Part shown: positions 10,820 to 23,810 of the stretch, in pieces
How positions within the stretch are numbered: the stretch's first letter is position 1
Layout of the letters: every line of letters begins with the position of its first letter
Notes under the pieces: generated by a model
What the model was told of the DNA's origin: nothing
What the model saw: the letters and a program-made list of their open reading frames with translations, nothing else
Database searches by the model: none
DNA from: Centroscyllium fabricii
Lineage: Eukaryota
Direction: 5' to 3'
Length of the DNA: 64,000 bases
NCBI GenBank assembly: GCA_051313645.2
Contig: JBNRSN020000039.1
Span: 6,386,001-6,450,000, forward strand
Program-made: the position numbers and the translations under genes

Positions 10820-13645
10820 GACCGTGCTGGAGTCCTTCTTTGCAGCTCTATACATTCTCCAGTATGAAATTAGACATTGTCCTGAGCTATAATCCTCCTG
10901 TACCCCTCTGCCCTTTTTCCAGTCTGAAATAGTACATTCTCCTGGGCTGACATCCTCTTGTGTCCCTCGACACATTCTCCTGCCGCAAATTATTCATGCT
11001 CCTGGGCTGCAAACTTCCCGTGTCCGTATACACCTTTTCCAGTCTGAAATTCTACATTTGCCTGAGCTGGACTTCTCTTTTCCACCTCTGCACATTCTCC
11101 AGTCAGAAATTGTGCATTGTTCGGGACTGGAATCGTCCTGTGCCGCTGTAGACTTTCTCCAGTCTGGAATTGATCATAATCCAGTAGGCCCATCTACAAA
11201 TTGCCGAGTATGAAATTATATATTGGCCTCAGCTGGAATCCTCATCGGCCCCTTTACATTTTCTCCCATCTTAAATTGTAGATGTTCTCTCCTGGGACAC
11301 TCCTGTGCCCATCGACAATTTATCCAGCCTCAACTTGTCCATTGACTTGTGCTGGAATTATCCTGCGCCCCTCTTAATTTGCTGCAGTCCGAAATTGTAC
11401 GTTGTCCTCGGCTGGAATCCTCCTGTACCCCTTTACATTTTCTCCTGTCTTACTTGTAAATTGGCCTCGGCTAGAATTTCCTGTGCACCTCTACATTTTC
11501 GCAATTCCGAAATTGTACAATGGCCTGGGCTGGCATCCTCTTGTGTCACTCTAGATTTTGTCCATAATGAAGTTGTACATTGGACTGAGCAACAATGTAC
11601 TATGCCGCTCTAAACTTTCCCCAGCCTGACACTGTATATTGGCCGGTGCTGCAATTCACCCGAGCACATCTACAATATCTCCAATCTAAAATTGTGCACT
11701 GGCCTGGGCTGGAATCATCCTGTATCCCGCTAAATTGTCTCCAGTCTCAAATTGTACCGTGGCCTGAGCTGGAATACTCCTACGTCCCTCAGAAACTTCT
11801 CCCATCCGTAATTGTGCATTCGCCTGGGCTGGAAACCTCCTGTGCCCCATTTCAATTCCTCCATTCTCAAATTGTTTAATGGCCTGGGAGATAAACCTGT
11901 TCTGTGACTCTGGATTTGCTAAAGACTGAAATTGCACATTGTTCTCTGCTGGAAACAATTTGATATTTGCTGGTATTTTATCCAGTTCGAAATTGAACAT
12001 TTTCCGGTGTTGGAATATGCCCCTGTCCCTCTATACTTTCTGCAGTCTGAAATTATACATTGGTCTGGGATGGTATACTCCTGTAAACCTCGGCCCTTCC
12101 ACCAGTCTGAATTTGTAATTTGGTATGTGCTGGAGTCCTCCTGTGCACCTCTAAACTTACTGCAGTCTGAAATTTACATTGCCCTAGACTGTAATGCTCC
12201 ATTTCACTCTACATTTTCTCCAGTCTGAAATTGTACATTGGCCTGTACGAAAATCGTCCTCTGCCCCTCTGCACTTTTTCCAGTATGAAATTGTACATTG
12301 TCCTGTACTTTAATCGTCCTGTGTCCCTCTGCACTTTTTCCAGTATGAAATTGTACATTGTCCTGTACAATATACGTCCTGTGCCCCTTTGCACTTTCTC
12401 CAGTCTGAAATTGTACATTGGCCTGGGCTGGAATTCTCCTGTGCTACTCTGAACCATCGCCAGGCTGAAATTGTACATTGGCCTGTGCTGAAATCCTCCT
12501 GAGCCCCTTTGTACTTTCTCCAGTTTGAAATGGTATATTTGCTTGGCCTAGAATTCTCTTGTGCCACTCTGTACTTTCTCCACTTTGAAATTGTATATTT
12601 GCTTGGCCTAGATATCTCTTGTGCCACTCTGGATTTTCGCGAGACTGAAATTATATTTTTTCCCCGGCTGGCAAACTCCTGTGCTGCTCAAAACATTGTC
12701 CAGTCTGAAATTGTACATTGGCCTGTTCTGGAATTCTCCTTTGGCACTTAAATTGTTCTCCAGTCTGAAATTGTACATCGGCCAGTGCTGTAATAATCCC
12801 GTGCGCCTCTACACTATCTCCAGTCTAAAGTTGTGCATTGCCTGAGCTGGATTCATACTGTTCAACTTTACATTTTCTGCAGTCTCAAATTGTACATTTG
12901 CCTGGGCTGGAATCCTCCTGCGTTAATCTGAACCTTCTCCCATTTGTAATTGTTCATTAGCCTGGGCTGGAATCCTCCTGTGCCCCACTTCAATGTCTCC
13001 ATTATTAAATTGTATAATGGCCTGTGATGGAATACTCTTCTGCCACTCTGTTTTTTCTAAAGACTGACATTGCTCATTGTCCTGTGCTGGAGCAATCTTG
13101 TGACTTTCTAGAATGTATCCAGACTTAAATTGTACATTTTCCGGTGATGGAATTCTCCGCTGCCCCCCTATAATTTCTACAGTCTGAAATTGTATATTGG
13201 TCTGTCCTGGAATCCTCCTGGACGTCACTAAACTATCACCATTGACTGTGCTGCAGGCATCCTGAGCCCCTCTCTACTTTCTCCACTCTAAAAGTGTATA
13301 CTGGCTTTGGCTAAAATTCTCTTGTACCACTCTGGACTTTCTCCAGACTAAAATTTGACATTTTCCTTTGAAGGAGTCGTCCGCTGACCCTCTGTACCTT
13401 CTCTTTCCTCAGGTTGTATAATTTCCTGGTCTGGAAACCTCCTTGACACCTCTGCACTTGCTCCAGTTCTAAATTATACACTTTCCAGAGCTGGAATACT
13501 CATGTGTCCATCTAAACAGTCTCCAGCTTCAAATTGTAAGTTGGCCTGGGCTGGAGCACTCCTGAGCCCCTCTACACTTACTGCAGTCTGAACATGTACA
13601 TAGGCCTAGGCTGAAATAATCCTATGCCTGTCGACCCTATCTCCA
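10820..13645. repeat. Expanded 60-bp minisatellite block (unit 4; leader and promoter deleted)
   Basis: Exact 60-nt register visible at 12241-12480; the block joins directly to the mid-unique-segment sequence ttttgctgacatc at ~13650. Confidence 0.9.
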
Positions 13646-13810
13646 TTTTTTTTGCTGACATCTCCTCCGTTATAATGGCCATTCTCTCGCTATCCTGGTT
13701 AATGTAGTTATTCAACCTTCCGTGTTTCATCACATTTCCTGCCTCCTGCTTCCAGGTAATCTTCGGCCTCCTGGAATCTTCATATTACTCATTTTTCTTA
13801 GTTTCTTGTT

Positions 13811-14692
13811 ATTCAATTCAATTCAATTCAATTCAAGTTTTATTGTTATTGCAGAGTACTAGTACAATACAACGAGACGAAGACTCGACACTCCCGAGAG
13901 TAGTGCAAACAAAACAAACAAACCACATAAATAAATTGCATACAGTAAAGTTCATTATCAGGCGTGCAGGTGCCGGAGTTTCTTTTTAGAGTTCAGGAGG
14001 CTGACAGCCCTGGGGAAGAAGCTGTTCTGAAATCTAGTTGTGCGGGTGCAAACTGCTCTGTAGCGTATCCCGGAGGGCAGAGGGGCGAACAGACTGTGGC
14101 TGGGGTGTGTGGGGTCTTTTATAATGTTCATAGACCTCCGTAAGCAGCGTTTGAGGTAGATGCTTTCCACTGACGGTAGCTGTGTACCGGTAATTCGTTG
14201 GGCAGTTTTGACTACCCGCTGCAGGTTTTTCCGGTCCGAGATAGTGCAATTACCATACCAGACAGTGATGTAGCTTGTCAGTATGCTTTCTATTGTGCAG
14301 CGGTAGAAGTTGGAGAGGATGCCGGATGACAGCCTGGCTTTCTTCAGCTTCCTAAGGAAGTACAGGCGCTGTTGGGCCTTCTTAACCAGAGAGGAGGTGT
14401 TTAATGACCAGGAGAGATCTTCCAAGATGTGGACCCCGAGGAACTTGAAGCTGGACACCCTTTCCACCTCAGCCCCTTGGATGAAGATGGGGGTGTGTCT
14501 TCTGCTTCCAGTCCTCCGGAAGTCCACTATGATCTCCTTCGTTTTCTTGGTGTTCAGTGCCAGGTTGTTGTCGGCACACCAACCCACAAGGTGCTGGATC
14601 TCATCCCTGTAGGCTGACTCGTCGTTGTTGGTGATCTGGCCAACCACCGTGGTGTCATCCGCGAACTTGATGATCGTGTTGGAGCCATGGAT
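13811..14692 (-). mobile_element. Rex1/Babar LINE 3' fragment with uninterrupted reading frame
   Basis: 246-aa ORF IIKFADDTTVVGQITNNDESAYRDEI...RFQNSFFPRAVSLLN; tail reads (attca)n on the plus strand. Confidence 0.92.
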
Positions 14693-15414
14693 ACTCAATT
14701 CTCCTGTCTGTGGTTATAAAACTTCCTTCATTTTACTTAATACTCAAACACTTCGTCTTCATTATGAACACGGCCCACCCCATAGGTTATTATACAGAAT
14801 CACAGGGAAGTTACTCAAACAAAACGAAAATTGAACCCACCGTGCATGCTGCTCATTTTAGTCCTCTATGACAGTGCAACTAATCCCCTGTGCCGCCGCC
14901 CCCCCCCCCGTTCCAATTTCAGATATCCTAAGCAGAAAGCTATTTACCTGTTTTTGTAAAGCGGNNNNNNNNNNNNNNNNNNNNNNNNNNNNNNNNNNNN
15001 NNNNNNNNNNNNNNNNNNNNNNNNNNNNNNNNNNNNNNNNNNNNNNNNNNNNNNNNNNNNNNNNNNNNNNNNNNNNNNNNNNNNNNNNNNNNNNNNNNNN
15101 NNNNNNNNNNNNNNNNNNNNNNNNNNNNNNNNNNNNNNNNNNNNNNNNNNNNNNNNNNNNNNNNNNNNNNNNNNNNNNNNNNNNNNNNNNNNNNNNNNNN
15201 NNNNNNNNNNNNNNNNNNNNNNNNNNNNNNNNNNNNNNNNNNNNNNNNNNNNNNNNNNNNNNNNNNNNNNNNNNNNNNNNNNNNNNNNNNNNNNNNNNNN
15301 NNNNNNNNNNNNNNNNNNNNNNNNNNNNNNNNNNNNNNNNNNNNNNNNNNNNNNNNNNNNNNNNNNNNNNNNNNNNNNNNNNNNNNNNNNNNAATGAAGG
15401 AACAATGAAAGGCC

Positions 15415-17340
15415 CCGACTGGAATCCTCCTGTGCCTCTCTAGCCATTTTCCAGTCTGAAATTGTATATTGTCCTGGGCTGAAATATTTCTGTACACCCC
15501 AACACTTTCGTCAGTCAAAAATTGTGCATTGGCCTGGGCTGGCATCATCCTGTGCCCGTCCACACTTTATCCAGTCTGCAATTATACATTGACCTGGACT
15601 GGATTTCTCCTGTGTCCGTCCACACTTTATCCAGTCTGAAATTGAACATTGACCTGGAATGGATTTCTCCTGTGCCCCTATATACTTTATTCAGTCTTAC
15701 ATTGTACATTGGTCTTTGCTGGTATACGCCTGTGCCCATTTTCAATGTCTACCGTCTTAATTGTACATTGGCCTGGGCTGCATTCCTTCAGTACAACTCT
15801 ACACTTGATCCAGTCTGAAATTTGACGTGGTACTGGTGTCGAATAATCCTGTGCCACTTTGCACGTTCACCAGTCCGTAATCCTGCATTAGCCTGTGCTG
15901 GATTCGTCCTGTGCCTCTCTACACATTCTCAATTCTAGCATTGTATATTCGCATGTTCTAAAATCTTGCAGTGCAACACCCGACTTTCTCCAGTCAGAAA
16001 TTGTACATTTGCCTGTGCTAGAAACTTCTTATGCCTCTCGGGAATTTCTCAAATCTGAAATTGTACATTTTCCAGTGATGGAATCCTCCGCTGACCCTCC
16101 ACACATTCTCCTGCCTGAAAGTGGACATTAACCTCGGCTGGAAACTTTCTGTGCCCCTCTAAACTTTCGCCCGGCTGAAATTGTACTTTGGCCTAGGCCG
16201 CAGTCCTCCTGATCACTTCTAAACCTCCTCCAGTCCGAAATTGTAAATCTGTGCAGCTCTAAACTTTCTCCACTGTGAATAGGTATATTGTGCTCGGCTG
16301 GAGTCATCCGGTGCAGGTCAACACTTTCTCCAGTCTGTAATTGTACACTGTCCTGGGCTGGAATCGTCCTGTGCAGCTCTACACTTTCTCCAGTCTGTAA
16401 TTGTACATTGTCCTGGGCTGGAATCCTCATGTGCAGCTCTACACTTTCTGCAGTCTGAAATTGTACGTTGGCCTGGGCTGGAATCCTCCTGGTCACGTCT
16501 GCATCTTCTCCAGTCCGAGATTGTATATCGGCCTGGGCTGGAATCCTTTTGTGCAGCTCTAAAATTTCTGCAGTCAGAATAGGTACATTGTCCGGGGCTG
16601 TAATAATCCTGTGCAGCTCGACACATTCTCCAGTCTGTAATTGTACATTGTCCTGGGCTGGAAACCTCATGTGCAACTCTCAATTTTTTCCCGGCTGAAA
16701 TTGTTCTTTGGCCTAAGCTGGTGTCCTCCTGATCACTTCTACGCATTCTCCAGTCCGAAATTGTATATCGCCCTGGGCTGGAATCCATCTGGGCAGCTCT
16801 AAACTTTCTCTAGTCTGAAATTGAGCATTGTCCGGGGCTGGAATCGTCCTGTGCAGCTCTAAACTTTCTCCAGTCTGTAGTATACATTGTCCTGGGCTGG
16901 AATCCTCCTGTGCAGCTCTAAACTTTCTCCAGTCTGAAATTGTACATTGTCCTCGGCTGGAATCCCCCTGCGCACATCTACACATTCTCCAGTCTGAAAG
17001 TGTACCTTGTCCTGGGCTGGAATCCTCCTGTGCAGCACTGCAATTTCTACAGTCTGAAATTGTACATTGCCCAGGCTGGAGTCCTCCGGTCCCCCTCTTT
17101 ACATAAAGCAGTCTGAAGGAATGCACTGTCCTCCCGTGGAATTCAGCTTTACCGCTCCCCACTTTCACATATCTGAAAGTATACATTGAGCCCCTGTAAC
17201 ATTTCTCCTGTATGAAATTGCAAATTGGTCTGGGCGTGATTCCTCCTGTGCCAATCTGCAGTTTATCCAGTCTTGAGCTGTTAATTGGCCTTGGCTGCAA
17301 TCGTCATGTGCCCCTCTACACGTTCTCCAGTCTAGGATTA
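15415..17340. repeat. 60-bp minisatellite block (unit 5) with a homogeneous stretch at 16320-17070
   Basis: Near-identical 60-mers in register at 16321-16680. Confidence 0.95.
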
Positions 17341-17367
17341 TTGACCAACCCCGGCGCTTGTACTCAC

Positions 17368-17413
17368 TTCTTCGAAGACAGATCAGTGTGAGCACAAGTA
17401 AAGCTGTCTTCAT
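17368..17413 (-). CDS. Putative signal-peptide first exon, copy 5 (MKTALLVLTLICLRR, phase 1), intact
   Basis: 46 nt, donor gtgagt; HNF1 site degenerate (cttaacaattaac); DR1-like tgacttttgctcc at 17564-17576. Confidence 0.6.
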
Positions 17414-17953
17414 CGTGGATCCTGTTGAATGATACCCTCGGCATGGTTTCTGTGTACGCACTAGTTCAGCTTTAGTAATATTTGTCTGCACCTAATTTCT
17501 TAACAATTAACCAATTCTGCTCAATTGCTAATCATTACTTTGCTTACCGTCAGAACCTGCCCTTGACTTTTGCTCCTTGATCTGTATATTCCTTATTCGT
17601 CAGGATACTGCATCCTCCTGGCTGTTGTCTATCTAACCCCCTGCGCATGAACACGTATCTGAGAAGACTCCTCTAAGCAAAACCTACAACGTTGAATATT
17701 CCTAGTCCCCGCGTCTCTGAGCAGTGTGAAATCAGAGCATACTGTGTTATTGCTGCCTAGAGCATGGATTCGAACCGTGACTACCACTTCCTCCTCCGCT
17801 CTAAAGTCGCTCTTACTCTGCTATATTCATAACATTCACCCTTTTCTGGTTTTGCTGACATGTCTTCTCTTATAATGGCCATTCCCTTGGAATCCCTGTT
17901 AATGGGATTATTCATCATTCTGTGTTTAAACAATTTCTCTCCTCCTGCCTCCA

Positions 17954-18270
17954 TGTACAAATGCAAGAAGTAACACAACACCAGATTATAGTCCAACAGT
18001 TTTATTGTAAATCACATGCTTTCGGAGCTTTTGCCCCTTCTTCAGGTGAAAGAGAGAGACTGACTTATATAACGCACATATGGGAGGAAGGGAGAAATCC
18101 GATCGCTCCCACATCTCGCATATGTGCGTTCTTTAAGTCAGTCTCTCTTTCACCTGACGAAGGGGTAAAAGCTCCGAAAGCTTTTGATTTAAAATAAAAC
18201 TGTTGGACTATAATCTGGTGTTGTGTGACATCTTGCATTTGTCCACCCCAGTCCAACACCGGCACCTCCA
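17954..18270. mobile_element. Penelope-like non-autonomous palindromic insertion carrying hammerhead ribozyme cores
   Basis: Inverted arms over 17954-18245; ctgacga-aggggtaaaagctcc-gaaa on + (18154-18179) and ctgaaga-aggggcaaaagctcc-gaaa on - (18020-18045). Confidence 0.7.
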
Positions 18271-18492
18271 CGTCATTCCTCCTTGTAGACCTCGGACTCC
18301 TGGGATATTTGTATTATTACCTAATCTTGGTTTATTTTCTTACTCAATTGTCCTGTCTCTGGATATGAAAGTTATTTCATCTTCATGTTGCTCACCCTCG
18401 TCGCTTTCATTATGACCCCCACCCACCCCATAGGATATTCCACAGAATCACAGGAAAATTGCTCAAACGAGAAAGAAAATTGAACCCACAGT

Positions 18493-21400
18493 CTTCTTCT
18501 TCTTTCGTGTATCGTCATTTTCATATGTCCAGCTCCGTGTCGTGCAGCCACACCCTCGTCTCAGGTCCCACTCGGAAGAGGCCCTCCTCCGAAGGTGGTC
18601 TATGCAGGGGACAGGCGGTGGTAATGTGGTCGGCAGTCTGCTCCAGCTCCCCGCACTCACACGCCGCGCTGTCTGTCAGGCCCCACCTCTTCATGGAGGC
18701 CTTGAAGCAGCCGACCCCGGTGCGTAGGCGGTTCAGGAGGGTCCATTGCCGGCGGGGTAGGTCCTCTCCCTCAACGCCATCTCCAGGATCCCGGATGTAT
18801 TGGTGCAGGCGTGTAGGTCCTGCCGACTCCCACTCTTGCTTCCAGGCTACCGCCAGCCAGGCTTTCATTGTCCAGTCCTCCGGAGTAGAAACAAGCATCT
18901 CCCGTGCCGCCTTGCTGTATGGGTGGCGGGACTTGAGCCTGCATGGAGGTGCTGCCTTGGTTATGGTATCATGGAGGAGGTGCCAGTCGTGTTCCTGTGC
19001 TTTCCTTGCCAGGGCGAGGGTAGCAGCCTCTCGCCGTAGGCCGGCTGGTGTAATTCCTGCTAGGACTGGCAGGTAGAACACGGGAGTGGGTTTCAGGCAG
19101 CCAGTTATTATCCGGAGAGCATTGTTAATGGCCACATCTACCTTCTTGGCATGCGGGCTTCTGCTCCAGGTTGGGGCACAGTACTCTGCTGCAGAGAAGA
19201 CAAGGGCTTGAGTGGAGATACGTAGTACCTTGGCGGAGGCACCCCAGGTCGTACCAGCAAGGCGACGGATAAGTGAGACCCTTGATGTTACTTTGGCCCT
19301 TACTTCCTCGAGGTGTTGTTTGTAGGACAGCGTCCTGTCCAGGCGTACGCCAAGGTACTTTGGCGCCTGCTGGAACTCCAGGTGTTTGTTGTCCACAGAG
19401 ACCTTCAACTCCCTTTTTGCTTCCCTGTTGCAGAGATGGAATGCTGCCGACACTGTCTTCCCGGTACTGAGCTGCAGGTGCCACCTGCGAAGGTAGGCAG
19501 TCAGGATGCCCATATCCTGGTTAAGGCCCTCTTCCACCGCCTTCCACGTTGGTTGTTGCAGCATAATGGCTAGGTCGTCCGCGTACCCGTACCTTCTGGA
19601 TGTTGTCACCGGTATGTCAAAGATGTATATATTGAATAGCATCGGTGAGAGGACAGACCCTTGCGGGACCCCGTTTCTCAGCCTTCTGAGCCTGCTACGC
19701 TGGCCATTGCTGGTCTGAAGGATGAAGCTACGGTTTGACAGCATCTCCATACTGAAGTTGACCATATGCCGGTCTGGGGTGGTTCTCAGCAGCTTCAAGT
19801 GGAGTCTGCGGTGCCAGACAGTGTCATAGGCGGCGGTCAGGTCCATTAGAACAACCCCAGCTTTTTCATTGGCCTGGAAACTGTCCTCGAGATCTTGTGT
19901 GAGTAGGGTTACCTGGTCCACTGTTGACCTGCCCCGCCGGAAACCAGCCTGTTCCCTCGGTAGCTGTGGGTCGACTACTGGCTCAATGCGGCTGTGAATC
20001 ATCCTTTCCAGAATCTTTAAAGGGACACAGAGCAGCGAGATTGGTCTATAGGCCTTGGGGTCATCCGCAGGTTTGTTGGGTTTCAACAGGGCTATGATAG
20101 CAGCCCGTCGCCAGGTCCTTGGGAGCTTGGACCTCCGGAGGCATGCAGAGAAGAACGCGCACAGCCAGGCAGATATTGTTTCGCTCTGGTGGATCACAAA
20201 CTCTGGGTGGATGTTGTCGTGGCCTGGTGCCTTGCCTTGCTTAAGTTTGGATAAGGCATCCCTAAGCTCAGCTGATGTAAAGTCTCCTGACAGGTTGGCA
20301 TTGGCACTGGCTGCTCTGGAGAGAGCGGATACCTCGCGTGCTATCAGGCGGGCAAAGTCCTTATCTGCCTCTGGGAAGTGGCCATTTTTCAGGAGCTCGG
20401 CTGCGATGGCATTTGCTGTCACCGGGCACTTGGGAGGCTTCGTGTTTCTGCCTGAGAGCCGGTTGATGGTCTGCCACGCCTTGCGGCTGGAGTGGGTGAA
20501 GTCAATCGACTCGACGACCTCCGTCCATCTGGCCCTGCGGGTGGCATCCAGCCTCTCAACTAGTGTCGTTGCCGTTGCATCCACTTCCACTCTTGAAATA
20601 GCCTGTTGGTGGGCCACAACAGGTGGTTACACTCTTCATCCCAACCTGGGATGTAGTTCGCGTTGTAGCCTCGTGGGATTGATTTTTTCGCTGCCCCTAT
20701 CAGCACTTCACAGTAGGCTGCATATGCGGCATCTACATCAGGGCTGTCTGGGTCCGGAATACTGGCAGATGCTCTCTCTGTCTCGGCAGAAAATACATGC
20801 CATTTGGCCTTCCGGAAGTTCCATCTTCTGACAGGTTTCCCCGCGACCGGCTGCACCAGTGATGGGATTCCGATGACGGACGGTCGGTGGTGTGATCGGG
20901 GGAACCTGTCAATGACCCTTCTCTCTGGCAGCGGGTCATTACTGTGGAACACAGCAAAGGCAAGGTCTGGGTTGGTGAAGGTGTTCCATCTGGAGGAGTA
21001 GAAGCTAGGTGGCTCTTTGGGGTCAAACAGGAGCTGGGCATTGGCGTTGGAGGCCCAATCACTCAGCGTCTCACCATCCTGTGTTGTGTGGGTGTATCCC
21101 CAGTCGGTGTGCTGGCAGTTGAAATCCCCGGCGTAGATGGCGGGTGCCGGGGCAATCGGGAGGGCTGATGTGGACAGTACCGATGGTGGGGGCTTGTACA
21201 CGTTCACAACCGTTGTTGTCTGTATTCTTGTGGACAGCCACTCAACACCAGAGCCCGGTGGAGATTGACCAGTGGCTGACCAACTGAGGTCAGACCTAAC
21301 AAAGGTTGCCATCCCATGCTGCCTACTGAGGATGGACCCGGCGATGTGGAACCCGGGCAATCCGAGGATGTCTCCTTTTCCACAGTGTGTCTCCTGAAGG

Positions 21401-21612
21401 AGGACGGCTGCAACTTCGTGGGAGTCGGCGAGGTGGCGTACAATGTCCAGTTTGGCGGTGGTGAGGCCCTCGACATTTAGCTGAAGCACTGACAGACCCT
21501 GACACTCGATGATCGGGATGGCCGCCCGCCCCGACGTGAGCTTGCGTCCCCCCGACCTCCTGTGCCCTGGTCTGACAGCGTGAGCGTGACGATTTGTTGG
21601 CGACATTCGTTT
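18493..21612 (-). mobile_element. Vingi (Ingi-group) non-LTR retrotransposon, near-intact APE + RT + CCHC finger, one frameshift at ~20614
   Basis: 348-aa and 698-aa overlapping ORFs: LQLNVEGLT, LLQETH, YAGDFN, SHHRP; YRPISLL, DLTAAYDTVWH, GVPQGSVLSP, YADDLA, LAGTTWGAS, CECGELEQTADHITTACP; no RNase H; very short 3' UTR with an (aag)n tail. Confidence 0.85.
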
Positions 21613-23764
21613 TGTGAGTTCTGCTCATTATTCTACACTTTATCAATAGAAATAATCAAATGCCACCACCCCCCCGCCTGTTCCCAAGTCAGATATCTTA
21701 ATATGAAAGCCATTCCCTGTTTTTTGTAAAAGCGGATTCTATATAAATAAAGAATAAAAATATATAGAAAGAATGAATGAAAAACGGAATGAATGAAAGA
21801 AGGAGCATTTAGAAAGGAAGAAAAAGGAAAGGGAAAAAGAAACAGAACAAGCAAGAATGGAAACAGGCAAGAAAGAAAGAAAGGAAATAAGAAATAACGA
21901 TTGAAAGTAAGATGGAAAATAACAAAGTAAAGACAGAAGGAAATAAATAAGAAAGGCAGTGAGGAATGAATGCAGGGAGGAAAGAGCGAAAGAAGTAAGA
22001 AAGGAAGAATGAAATAAAGTAGCAAAGAGAGAAGGAATGAAAGGANNNNNNNNNNNNNNNNNNNNNNNNNNNNNNNNNNNNNNNNNNNNNNNNNNNNNNN
22101 NNNNNNNNNNNNNNNNNNNNNNNNNNNNNNNNNNNNNNNNNNNNNNNNNNNNNNNNNNNNNNNNNNNNNNNNNNNNNNNNNNNNNNNNNNNNNNNNNNNN
22201 NNNNNNNNNNNNNNNNNNNNNNNNNNNNNNNNNNNNNNNNNNNNNNNNNNNNNNNNNNNNNNNNNNNNNNNNNNNNNNNNNNNNNNNNNNNNNNNNNNNN
22301 NNNNNNNNNNNNNNNNNNNNNNNNNNNNNNNNNNNNNNNNNNNNNNNNNNNNNNNNNNNNNNNNNNNNNNNNNNNNNNNNNNNNNNNNNNNNNNNNNNNN
22401 NNNNNNNNNNNNNNNNNNNNAATAAGTTATGAAGGAAGGAATGAAGGAAAAAAGAAAGGACCGGGCTGGAATACCCTTGTGCCCCTTTAGACATTATCCA
22501 GTCTGAAATTGTACATTTTCCTGGGCAGAAATCTTTCCCTGACGCTCTACAATATATACAATGTAAAATTGTACATTGGCCTTGGCTGGAATCATCCTTT
22601 GGCCATCTACACTTTATCCACTGTGAACTTGTACATTGTCCTGGACTGGATTTCTCCTGTGCACCTCCCCGTAAACTTTCTCCAGTCTTAAATTCTACAT
22701 TGGCCTGGGCTGTAATTCTCCTGTGCCCCTCTACACTTGCTCCAGTCGGAAATTGCAGGTTGTTCTGGGATCGAATCCTTCTACGCCCCTTTGCACATCC
22801 TCCAGTCCGTAATTGTCCAATAGCCTGGGCGGGATTCGTCCTGTGCCCTCCACGCTTTCTCAAGTCTAGCATTGTATATCGGCATGGTCTGAAATCATGT
22901 TGTGCAACACTGGACTTTCTCCAGGCTGAAATTGTACATCTGCCTGTGCTAGAATCATCTTTTGCCTCTTGGCAATATCTACAATCAGAAATTGTACACT
23001 TTCCAGTGATGGAATTATCCACTGCACCTCTAAAAATTATCTTGCCTGAAGTCGGACATTACCCTGCGGTGAAATATACCTGTGCCCCTCTACACTTCGA
23101 CCAGGCAGAAATTATACTTTGCCCTGGGCTGGGGTCCTCCTGAACCCCTCTACATTTCCTCCATTCTGGTATCCTGCTGTGTAGCTCTTCAATTTCTCCA
23201 GTCTGGAATTGCACCTTGTCGCGGGCTGGACTCTCCTGTGCAGTTCTACAGCTTCTCTAGTCTGAATTTGAAGATTGCCCTGGGCTGGAGTCCGCTGAGC
23301 ACATCTACACATTTTCCAGTCTGAAGTGTTGTATTGTCCTCGGCTGGAAATCTCCTTTAACCATGTACAATTTCACATATCTGTCCTCGGCTGGATTCGT
23401 CATGTGCCCCTAAATATTTCCCCTGTATGAACTTTGCACATTAGCCTGGGCGCGAAGCCTCCTGTGCTCCGCTATAGTTTTTTTCCAGTCTGAAATTGTA
23501 AATTGTCCTGGGCTGTGATCGGCATGTGCCCCTCTACCCTTTTTCCGACTGAAATGATACATTGTCCTCGTATTGAATACACCTATACCCCTCTAAACAT
23601 TCTCACATCAGAAATTCCTCATTGCCCTGGGCTGGCATCCTCCTGTATTACTCCACACTCTCTCCAGTCTGCAACTGCCCATTGGCCTAGGCTACAATCC
23701 CCCAGTGCCACTCTACTCTTTCTCCAGTCTGGCATTGTGAACCGGCCCCGGCGCTTGTAATCAC

Positions 23765-23810
23765 TGCATCAAAGACAGATCAGAGCGAGCGCAAGTAAAG
23801 CTTTCTTCAT
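23765..23810 (-). pseudogene. Leader exon copy 6, nonsense (MKKALLALALICL*)
   Basis: CGA to TGA at codon 14; donor gtgatt; TATATAAAA upstream (plus 23867-23877) and HNF1-like site at 23896. Confidence 0.6.

Noticed and set aside
10283-10975. Long Phe/Leu/Ser-rich membrane-protein-like ORFs, and ORFs crossing N runs
   Set aside because: These are translations of (TTTC/TTCC)n microsatellites or gaps, not genes.
12231-12452. Plus-strand frame FSSLKLYIVLGWNPPVPLYT resembling a 20-aa LRR
   Set aside because: Spacing does not fit LxxLxxLxLxxN, frames are short and broken, and no splice structure is evident.
12209-12478. PMYNFRL repeats resembling allatostatin-type neuropeptide precursors
   Set aside because: No amidation Gly or dibasic cleavage sites, the consensus has a TAG in this frame, and it is out of frame with the leader.
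12241-12480. Regular repeats resembling a CRISPR array
   Set aside because: Contiguous 60-bp tandem monomers with no unique spacers, no cas genes, vertebrate context.
19273-20831. Plus-strand ORFs up to 258 aa over the Vingi element, and similar antisense ORFs over Gypsy and Rex1
   Set aside because: Antisense shadows of GC-rich retroelement coding sequence.
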